From IMG/VR virus record IMGVR_UViG_3300030419_000485, positions 1-54,115 of that record: a stretch of DNA of 54,115 nucleotides; one strand, 5' to 3'. Every line of letters begins with the position of its first letter. Position 1 is the first letter of the stretch. Under the pieces are notes generated by a model. It was not told the origin of the DNA. It saw nothing but the letters and a program-made list of their open reading frames with translations, and made no database searches. A program made the position numbers and the translations under genes. This document shows positions 47,412-54,115 of the stretch, piece after piece. This stretch comes from a virus. Lineage: Duplodnaviria; Caudoviricetes.

Positions 47412-48380
47412 TCACATAGCGAGGGCGTGCTGCATAACCTTTCGGCTATCAACAGAACCCTTACCGTTGAGGTTACTGTAAGCTTTGGATGCTACCGTTG
47501 CCTGCCTACCCCGAGCAGCTTGCTTGTGCTGGATATGGTTGGTCACGGCATTGACAGCGAGCCAATAGCTTGCAGGATTATCAACCGACTCACGCTCAAA
47601 GGTGTTGTCCCATGTTCCAATGGTAGCAACAGCCTTCGTGTGTTCCTTCTCTTCCTCAGGAGTAGTCGGTTGAGTGGGGATTTCACCATTCATATGTTGA
47701 TACACATCGAAGAAGAATCGACGTAGTGCATCATGACTGATGGGACATTGGGCCAGCGTTGTGACCTGTGATCGGAAGAGGTTACCAGTCTCTCGATACT
47801 GAGAGATGATATCCTTTGCCTCTTGCATCTTAATGTCCATGTCACCATGGTGTTTGATCGTCAGCTTGTTCTGAGTGTTCTGAGCTAGTGCCATATCCAT
47901 AGTGTTCTTACACACAACACGGATAGACGTAGGCTTGACAACGAGGGAACTCTTACCATCGTGTCCCCAGAACAGAGCCATGTATCGTTCGACAGTATCG
48001 TTAGCCGAAGCGTCAAACGAATCCTGATGCAGCAACAGGTAGCACTTGCGTCCACCTTGGATAGAGCCAGCCGACTCGACTGTAGCTACATCACTGAAGT
48101 ACTCAGCAAGGCGGAACACTTCTTCATTCTCAACAACTTGATACTGAGGTGATACAATACCAAGTATCTCTTGAGTATCAGTACGTACTGTGGCACGGTA
48201 TTCGTCAGTCCAAATACCATGTGTACTAATACCATTAGTTTTCTCAACGCCCCAACCCAATCCGGATTCCCGGAGGGCAGAGTTAAGACTTAGTGTGTCA
48301 TCTACTACATTGCCTAGCCCGTGCCAAGCTTTTTGCTTATAGTAAACAGCACTATCGTTTTGTGTCATCTCGTGAGCCAT
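47412..48380 (-). CDS. DUF932 family protein
   Basis: MAHE..AWHGLG, ESAGSIQGGRK, HDGKSS..PTSIRVVCKNT and AVNAVTNHIQH motifs. Confidence 0.85.
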   Translation of the reverse strand: MAHEMTQNDSAVYYKQKAWHGLGNVVDDTLSLNSALRESGLGWGVEKTNGISTHGIWTDEYRATVRTDTQEILGIVSPQYQVVENEEVFRLAEYFSDVATVESAGSIQGGRKCYLLLHQDSFDASANDTVERYMALFWGHDGKSSLVVKPTSIRVVCKNTMDMALAQNTQNKLTIKHHGDMDIKMQEAKDIISQYRETGNLFRSQVTTLAQCPISHDALRRFFFDVYQHMNGEIPTQPTTPEEEKEHTKAVATIGTWDNTFERESVDNPASYWLAVNAVTNHIQHKQAARGRQATVASKAYSNLNGKGSVDSRKVMQHALAM

Positions 48381-48537
48381 TAGAATCTCCTATTGAATCG
48401 CTCGACAGATCTTCCCAGTCCTCGTCTTCCCAGTCCTTGAGGATTTTCTTAGCCTTGGACCTTTTGACGTATGACTGTTTCTTTTTGGGAGGCTTCTCCC
48501 TTTTTTCTTTGCGATGTGTCCTACCCATTTCATGCAC
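48352..48537 (-). CDS. Hypothetical protein (basic N-terminus, acidic C-terminus)
   Basis: ORF in the tightly packed early cluster. Confidence 0.5.
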   Translation of the reverse strand: MHEMGRTHRKEKREKPPKKKQSYVKRSKAKKILKDWEDEDWEDLSSDSIGDSNGSRDDTKR

Positions 48538-48890
48538 TAATCATAGAGTTCACGGGCAAGATCTTCATCATACCAACCATCCTCTATCTCTTCCCAGTTC
48601 TCTTCATCAAGATCTTCGGGATAGAATCCAAAGAATTCTAGTAACAGTTCCGCATCCTTACCACAAACATCAACCTCAAGTTCAATCTCACTTAGATTAG
48701 ATTCTAATGTAAGGATACCAGCGAAGCCCAAGGACTTCATATCGACAGTGGTATTACGACTACCGGGATACCTATAAGTTCTAGGTTCAACTATTGTGGT
48801 GCCATCAGCATCCATTTCACCAAAGAGATGTAGTAATAGGTCACCCTCTTTAATTGTTGAGCTAATTTCTTGAATTGTTCTTGATTTCAT
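48537..48890 (-). CDS. Hypothetical acidic early protein
   Basis: Very acidic, aromatic-rich C-terminus. Confidence 0.6.
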   Translation of the reverse strand: MKSRTIQEISSTIKEGDLLLHLFGEMDADGTTIVEPRTYRYPGSRNTTVDMKSLGFAGILTLESNLSEIELEVDVCGKDAELLLEFFGFYPEDLDEENWEEIEDGWYDEDLARELYD

Positions 48891-49090
48891 TCGTCATCTA
48901 CCTCGTACCAATGTGTATCTAAATTACCATCTTCACAGTAAGCTTCGAATTTCTCACAAGCTTCCCAGTAATTAAATCTACAGTCTTCTAAAACCTCGTG
49001 ATATTTGTCCATGGCTTCATCCATATCTTCAGCCTCAATGGTACAGCCATAGCAGTTGAAGTCATCAATCATTACTTTGAACTTTGGCAT
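48887..49090 (-). CDS. Small acidic early protein (IEAEDMDEA motif)
   Basis: DpnD/PcfM-like pattern; coupled to neighbours. Confidence 0.55.
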   Translation of the reverse strand: MPKFKVMIDDFNCYGCTIEAEDMDEAMDKYHEVLEDCRFNYWEACEKFEAYCEDGNLDTHWYEVDDE

Positions 49091-49307
49091 TCTCTTGCTC
49101 CGTTAACCACTCATCATATTTAACGCTTTCGATTTCCCAGCCTTGAATCTCACCGTCGTGAGTTTCCCAATCTTCCCAATCGTAACCATCGGGATCGTCC
49201 GTAAACAACTTATATGCTTGTTCTTCTGACTCAGCTTCCACATAAGCTACGGCAGTTTCCCAAGTTTGACTTGTTACATCGATAGTAACTTGATATATCT
49301 TTTTCAA
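49065..49307 (-). CDS. Small acidic early protein (VEAESEEQA motif)
   Basis: Same motif class as the neighbouring gene. Confidence 0.55.
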   Translation of the reverse strand: MKKIYQVTIDVTSQTWETAVAYVEAESEEQAYKLFTDDPDGYDWEDWETHDGEIQGWEIESVKYDEWLTEQENAKVQSND

Positions 49308-49555
49308 AACGGTACCTCCGCACGTTCGTGTGCTTCCATAGCATTAACTAGCCAATCATAAAGTTCTTTATCTTGGACCAATAGAAGTTCTCCATCGAAT
49401 CCTTCAAGCCAGATCATTCTACTATGAAAGTTATCTTCAGCTCTCCATAGTTCTTCAATAATATATTTATCATCCCCAATAACTAAGGATGATCTAGTAG
49501 TTCTTGAGATCATATCTGTTCTAATTGTTGAGGCATCATTCATGATTCTCTCCAT
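49304..49555 (-). CDS. Hypothetical early protein
   Basis: ORF track; packed with neighbours. Confidence 0.55.
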   Translation of the reverse strand: MERIMNDASTIRTDMISRTTRSSLVIGDDKYIIEELWRAEDNFHSRMIWLEGFDGELLLVQDKELYDWLVNAMEAHERAEVPF

Positions 49556-49561
49556 GATTTT

Positions 49562-49795
49562 CTACGACCCTTTGGTTTTCTTGCGAGGTCGTGATACTTT
49601 ATATTCCTTAGCTTCGTATGACGGCTTGCGTCCACGCCACATCGTGTTGAGTTCCTTTGCTTCTTTCTTGGCTTCAGAAGCTTTAGCCCATAACGCTGGA
49701 TGAGACTTGTATGAATCGGTTTTACTATTGTACGTGTGAGATTCCACAAGCCATCCAATATCTTCAACCCATACGCCCCATTTCTTGTTTGCCAT
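49562..49795 (-). CDS. Hypothetical basic early protein
   Basis: GGGAG RBS; 77 aa. Confidence 0.55.
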   Translation of the reverse strand: MANKKWGVWVEDIGWLVESHTYNSKTDSYKSHPALWAKASEAKKEAKELNTMWRGRKPSYEAKEYKVSRPRKKTKGS

Positions 49796-50039
49796 GAACG
49801 AGTATCTCCCTTCGATGGATCATAACCTTAGGGATCTTAGTTACATGTCCGCATTCCTTGTCACCTAAGCTGTCAGTAATAGCCACATAATCCTCATGAT
49901 CTACTAAGACAAACCCCACGGTTTGCATGATCGGAGGCTCAACCTTAGCAGATTCCATGGCCTCTGTCAAGTCCATCCATCCAGTATCTCCTAAAGTTTC
50001 TGCGTCTACCCACCAGATGTGGTGAATCTCAGGTTTCAT
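49764..50039 (-). CDS. Hypothetical phage protein (W-x-D-A...GW...TVGF...IPK pattern)
   Basis: Pattern resembles small beta-barrel phage hypotheticals. Confidence 0.6.
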   Translation of the reverse strand: MKPEIHHIWWVDAETLGDTGWMDLTEAMESAKVEPPIMQTVGFVLVDHEDYVAITDSLGDKECGHVTKIPKVMIHRREILVHGKQEMGRMG

Positions 50040-50272
50040 TCCATGCCTTTCATAAAGTTGTTTATAGATGTCTCCGGTGTTTCATCGTACCGGGTGCAGT
50101 ATAAATCCATATAGTCATCGACATTACCTTCAGCATCAGCCCTAAAGATCATAGTCTCATAACCCGAGTCAGCCTGAGGCCACTCGATTTTAGAGACAAG
50201 ATAATAATCAGAGTCAATAGACCAGAGTGTCTTGTCATCCCCTACTTGTTTAATGTACTTCGGTGTCTTCAT
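50036..50272 (-). CDS. Hypothetical protein (YETMIF motif)
   Basis: ORF track; coupled to neighbours. Confidence 0.55.
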   Translation of the reverse strand: MKTPKYIKQVGDDKTLWSIDSDYYLVSKIEWPQADSGYETMIFRADAEGNVDDYMDLYCTRYDETPETSINNFMKGME

Positions 50273-50411
50273 TCTCTCTTAAGAACCAGATAGTGTTACT
50301 ACATACAATACGGCACATGTGCTCGTTGCCATTTCCAATTTTATATGTGATCCACTCCGGTTCTTCTCCATAATAATCTTCACATTGGATATCATCTAAA
50401 TCGTCCATCAT
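50250..50411 (-). CDS. Hypothetical protein
   Basis: Start MMDDLDD with AGGA RBS. Confidence 0.4.
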   Translation of the reverse strand: MMDDLDDIQCEDYYGEEPEWITYKIGNGNEHMCRIVCSNTIWFLRENEDTEVH

Positions 50412-50559
50412 TTTTAATCCTATTAAGTGCTTTTTCAAGCTTTGAAGTTCCACGGTTTTTAGTAATGAAACTAGCAAGTTCTTCAGTAGACCATTTAAGT
50501 TTCACAGCTACACGAAATACTTCAGCGTGTACATCATCTGTGTGCTGTCTTCTTAGCAT
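50392..50559 (-). CDS. 55-aa hypothetical protein
   Basis: Manual translation MLRRQHTDDVHAEVFRVAVKLKWSTEELASFITKNRGTSKLEKALNRIKNDGRFR fills the gap between neighbours. Confidence 0.45.
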   Translation of the reverse strand: MLRRQHTDDVHAEVFRVAVKLKWSTEELASFITKNRGTSKLEKALNRIKNDGRFR

Positions 50560-50896
50560 TCAGTCGCCGCTTCCAATCATCCTTCCATTGGATATAAAGC
50601 GGGGGCAAATCAGATCGACGGCGGGTTCCTTTAGTGGGTGTACCCTGTCCTGTTTTCTCGTTATGATCCCAGTCTTCTTCATAAGCTTCAATAGGCTCAT
50701 ATACATTACATGATTCTTGAAGCTCTGTCAAGGGGTAATCCATCTTTTCTGGATTAATTTTTGTATCATGGTTACGCTGAGGTACCCATGCTTTCTTCTT
50801 CTTGTCCCATCGTTGGTCTACGATGGTAGAAGCACGGTGGTCACGCCAGTTGGTGTACCACTTGCCCGGTTTATTCTTTGCACCTAGTCCTAGCAT
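50534..50896 (-). CDS. Hypothetical early protein
   Basis: AGGAG RBS; 120 aa. Confidence 0.6.
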   Translation of the reverse strand: MLGLGAKNKPGKWYTNWRDHRASTIVDQRWDKKKKAWVPQRNHDTKINPEKMDYPLTELQESCNVYEPIEAYEEDWDHNEKTGQGTPTKGTRRRSDLPPLYIQWKDDWKRRLNAKKTAHR

Positions 50897-51001
50897 TATA
50901 TACTCCTAATAAGTGAAGGAACTTATGACTCTTGGTGTTCCCGTTGACCTCACCTAGCCTCCATCGCCATGCTCTGCTGTCTAGGGTAGCCCAAAGATCT
51001 A

Positions 51002-51184
51002 TTAAGTGTCTATGTCTGGATCTTCAGCAACAGTTGTCACATCAGACACTGAAGGCTTAAGGGTACCTAAGTACTCCTTGAGAGCCTTATCTTTGTCGAC
51101 TAGGTAATCCCAACCGAAGTTGTCTACCCATTCGACATAACCCTTCTCTTCTAGCCAGAGAAGATAGCTTTTCATGGCCCCCAT
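51002..51184 (-). CDS. Hypothetical early protein
   Basis: TGATG coupling to the upstream gene. Confidence 0.5.
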   Translation of the reverse strand: MGAMKSYLLWLEEKGYVEWVDNFGWDYLVDKDKALKEYLGTLKPSVSDVTTVAEDPDIDT

Positions 51185-51642
51185 CAGCAGACACTGAAGC
51201 CACCGCATTCGCGGAGGAATCCGATGAAGTCTTGGACGTGGGACTTGCTTACACGATAGTCATCCTTGAAGTCAGGATCTCCACAGTCCCATGTGATGAC
51301 ATCGCCTTCCTCTTTGAGTAGGTCTTCCATGGCATCAGCCAAGGCATCACAGTCAGCTTGGTTGTCGAGGCCATACCCGTCGTTGAGGCCCATGTGGGCC
51401 AAGGTGTTCTCTGGTATGCCAAGTTCATGACGCTCATTGGCATAATAAATCATGTCAAGAATGGGTCGCCAAGCCCATACGTTAGCCCGGAAGTAAACAC
51501 CGGGGTTCTCATTGGAGTACTTGTGATCAGCCTCAAAGAAAGCATCTCGCTCTTCCGTAGTGCAAGTGCTCCAATCAGGTTGATCAGGCTTTACGCTGTA
51601 CTCTTTGATTTTCGGGTTGATCCCGAACACGTCCATACCCAT
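51184..51642 (-). CDS. Hypothetical phage protein (MGMDV..YFRANVWAWRP..FLRECGGF)
   Basis: AGGAG RBS; 152 aa. Confidence 0.7.
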   Translation of the reverse strand: MGMDVFGINPKIKEYSVKPDQPDWSTCTTEERDAFFEADHKYSNENPGVYFRANVWAWRPILDMIYYANERHELGIPENTLAHMGLNDGYGLDNQADCDALADAMEDLLKEEGDVITWDCGDPDFKDDYRVSKSHVQDFIGFLRECGGFSVC

Positions 51643-51665
51643 AGCAGTTCTCCTGTGTTGAGGGT

Positions 51666-51674
51666 ATTATAACA
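51666..51674 (-). promoter_or_regulatory. Extended -10 sigma70-type promoter (TGTTATAAT)
   Basis: Perfect TGnTATAAT just upstream of the RBS of the 51642 gene. Confidence 0.55.
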
Positions 51675-51678
51675 TAAT

Positions 51679-52083
51679 CTGTATCCAAGGGATACCAGAG
51701 TCAAGGTCGATGGGTAAACTATTCCCATAAGCCATAACGACAAGTTATGCTTGCTGGTAAGTTGGTATTCAACTTGCCGCCTGACTGCTGCTCCGCATTG
51801 ATCCGCCCTAGCTGGGTGCTCACGTTGCTTTGCAACACCTTTACCTCCTAGCAATCCAAGGTATATTCAGTCACAACTATGATCCATGTATGATCGTACA
51901 CTTCACATATCTCTGATATCCCTTGGGTACAGAAAAGGGGTGGGGTTTTGATGAAGCAGACCCCATACTGCTAGCAATTTTGTAGAGATGCCGTACTCTA
52001 GGGCTTACGCCCCTAAGGTACACCCACATCGGCGGATGTACCTTAGGGACGGGCGTGTGTCCTTCTGTAGTGGACCACACGCC
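51679..52083. ncRNA. Candidate structured non-coding element
   Basis: 22-bp inverted repeat (51679-51700 / 51911-51932) enclosing several hairpins, plus long hairpins at 52011-52048 and 52052-52083. Confidence 0.45.
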
Positions 52084-52106
52084 ACGTCTCCGTGGGTTGG
52101 GTTGGG

Positions 52107-52289
52107 TCAGGCCTTGGGGGCCCGACGTTCGAGTTCAGCTAGAGCCAGCTCACGCTTCTCGTCGCTGGTGTTGTCCATCGTGGCGATGTTCACCAACTGG
52201 TGCGTGTCGGTCTTGCTGTAGTCAACGACCTTGGTCTTGATGCCGAGGCTCTTGCTGACTGCTGCCATACGCTTGTCGAAATCCTTCAT
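52107..52289 (-). CDS. 60-aa hypothetical early protein
   Basis: Start MKDFDKR with AAAGGA RBS. Confidence 0.6.
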   Translation of the reverse strand: MKDFDKRMAAVSKSLGIKTKVVDYSKTDTHQLVNIATMDNTSDEKRELALAELERRAPKA

Positions 52290-52434
52290 AGTGAGGAGTC
52301 CTTTCCGGTTTGGGGAAAAGAGCAGGGGGTATCCGCGGAAACCCACGATAGGCTCCGCTACGGTTACCCACAGCACGGTATAGACTGTCCGGTCAGTCAT
52401 ATAACTAAAGGGGAGCTTTGCTCCCATAGACCAA

Positions 52435-52671
52435 AGTGTACCTAGGGTATACCTAGGGTAAACCTTTATTATTATTATACTATCATATACCTCTAGTCTA
52501 CCTAGGGTATACTATATACTCCACCTATACCGCCCTACTATATATGGTATACCTGTAGATCCGTGGTATACTACATATGGTAGACCCACATAGACCGTAT
52601 ACTATACCTTATACCTCTATACTCCACTCTTCCGTGGTGTTCGTTAAGATAGATAATATAATATATCTATC
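52435..52671. repeat. TATAC/CCTAGGG palindrome-rich non-coding array
   Basis: TACCTAGGGTA x3 (52439, 52450, 52499); GTATAC x5 (52447, 52507, 52547, 52566, 52597); AT-rich inverted repeat 52648-52671. Confidence 0.7.
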
Positions 52672-52684
52672 AATATGTGGGACT

Positions 52685-52714
52685 GGAGGCCATCACCTTT
52701 CGATGACAGCCTCC
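52685..52714 (-). terminator. GAAA-tetraloop hairpin (terminator or processing site)
   Basis: GGAGGCTGTCATC-GAAA-GGTGATGGCCTCC, a 13-bp stem with G-U pairs on the minus strand; no U-tract. Confidence 0.5.
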
Positions 52715-52735
52715 CAAGGGGTTAAAGGTTAGAAG

Positions 52736-53272
52736 TCAAGGACGCAGTTTACGAGCAGCCTCCATCGTAGCACGACGCTTATCGACGGCGGAAGCATTCT
52801 TCGCTTCCAGCCACTCGTGGTAGTCCACCTCGCTCTTATGAATCTTTGCACCGGGATAGATCTGCGAAAGCAGCGTCATCCACCACTGCGTTGGAATGCT
52901 GAACTCCTTTGTCCAAGAGCGATCCGTCGCAGGGTGCCAGAGCTCCACCGTATAGTGGTTCTCAAATTCCACGAAGCTTTTGTCTAAGGAACGAACGACC
53001 AGTTGCGTGTGCTCCTGTGTCCGGAAGACTCCGGGCATTGCAGAAAGCATTTGCTCCATGTCGTTATCAGACAGCCATTGAAGTACGCCGTCTGTGTCCT
53101 TGCCTCGTGAGGCGGGCAGGTACCACCACCCAACTGACATATCCTGAGGAAATACCCGTGCACTCACGCCTTCTGACTTTGGGTCATTGTTCGTGATGAG
53201 AACACAGGAACCGTAAGTCCTGTGTATGCACTGATACCGTGATCTCCCGATAGGGAAAGTAAACTGTTCCAT
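52736..53272 (-). CDS. Hypothetical early protein
   Basis: Start MEQFTF with AGGAG RBS. Confidence 0.65.
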   Translation of the reverse strand: MEQFTFPIGRSRYQCIHRTYGSCVLITNNDPKSEGVSARVFPQDMSVGWWYLPASRGKDTDGVLQWLSDNDMEQMLSAMPGVFRTQEHTQLVVRSLDKSFVEFENHYTVELWHPATDRSWTKEFSIPTQWWMTLLSQIYPGAKIHKSEVDYHEWLEAKNASAVDKRRATMEAARKLRP

Positions 53273-53301
53273 CTTTTGGAACTCCTGTAGTAGTGAGCAT
53301 A

Positions 53302-53332
53302 ACCGGGGGGCAGGAACGCCCCACCCCCCGGT
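53302..53332 (-). promoter_or_regulatory. GC-rich intergenic hairpin
   Basis: ACCGGGGGG...CCCCCCGGT inverted repeat between two early genes. Confidence 0.5.
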
Positions 53333-53337
53333 CAGCA

Positions 53338-53874
53338 TCAATTACAGATCCGAGATTCTGTGGTGAATCCGATCTTCTTGCAAGCGTCAGGGAACAAGTC
53401 AATCAAGGCCTGAGAATCTGCCTTGACATAGGTCAGGGCATCGCCAACGGGACAGCCGCCAGCGTCGTGAATCCCATACATGTTCCCACCATGCACCGAC
53501 ATGTCCTTGAAAGTCAGGACAGTACCACATCGGTGCTCGGCATCCTTCATATGGAGCCGACGTGCCAGCAAAGCTGTACCAGCGTCGGACAACTCAGCTC
53601 GATCCACATGGCATGACCCATTGGTCTCTTTACCAGTGACATGGCTGATGTAGGATGTGTGAACCTTCCAGTTGCCCTTCTTAGAGCTACCCGTCTCGTG
53701 CTGCTCGACGTTGGAATCGTCGGAAGACTTGAAACGATACGGAGACATAAGGAGGTCACCGCCAATGAAACGCTGATCCCAAGGAGTGGCATCCCACTCC
53801 TTCAGTGCATCCTTGTTAGCATTACTAAGCGTAGGGAAGCAGTCATTGAAGGCATCAGATAGATTCTTAGCCAT
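53338..53874 (-). CDS. Hypothetical early protein (start uncertain; ORF is open to 54078)
   Basis: ORF track; MAKNLS start chosen tentatively. Confidence 0.55.
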   Translation of the reverse strand: MAKNLSDAFNDCFPTLSNANKDALKEWDATPWDQRFIGGDLLMSPYRFKSSDDSNVEQHETGSSKKGNWKVHTSYISHVTGKETNGSCHVDRAELSDAGTALLARRLHMKDAEHRCGTVLTFKDMSVHGGNMYGIHDAGGCPVGDALTYVKADSQALIDLFPDACKKIGFTTESRICN

Positions 53875-54115
53875 CGTCTTCACTTTGGTGTAAACCAAGA
53901 GGTGATGGGGCTCGCCGTGAAGCAAAGCGTTTCGGAGAGCAGCAGGCATCTCGCTAAGATCGTCAAGGGATGTGAAGCCCTCTCGGAGTCCGTGCTGACC
54001 AACAAGTGTGTCAAACACGGGGCCTGCACCTGAGCCATATGTCTTAGGACTGAAGATCTTCTTCAGTATTAGGAGCATTACGCTCGTGGGCAGATTAGCG
54101 AGGAACGGCAGTCCT

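Noticed and set aside
51679-51932. Retron msr-msd (a1/a2 inverted repeats)
   Set aside because: No reverse transcriptase (YADD-type motif) was found in the window; the region is kept only as a generic structured element.
53925-54070. Hammerhead ribozyme (CTGAAGA ... GAAAC)
   Set aside because: CTGAAGA is locked in its own palindrome and I could not build stem II or stem III around the core.

Overview
The window is most of the genome of a T7-like podovirus (Autographiviridae-type architecture), with essentially every gene on the minus strand. Reading from the right end leftwards: small early genes and a structured, repeat-rich non-coding zone (47.4-54.1 kb); a T7-type single-subunit RNA polymerase; a replication and nucleotide module (metallophosphoesterase, gp2.5-like SSB, RusA, three tRNAs, primase-helicase, family A DNA polymerase, DUF4406, dNMP kinase, exonuclease, class II RNR); then portal, decoration proteins, scaffold, capsid, tail tube A/B, tailspike and terminase, and finally a cysteine-free block of probable ejection proteins. 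The main finding is a giant ORF (>2111 aa, <1..6333) that the ORF track missed because it runs off the window. It carries the T/DxxGR-like, A, D-x-Y and B motifs of a single-subunit RNA polymerase, in the right order and with plausible spacing. This points to a virion-packaged, N4-vRNAP-like polymerase in a T7-like genome that also encodes a canonical T7 RNAP, i.e. a candidate two-polymerase transcription system. Motif C is not visible in the window, so activity is unproven. All calls come from manual reading and motif recognition; no database searches were run.
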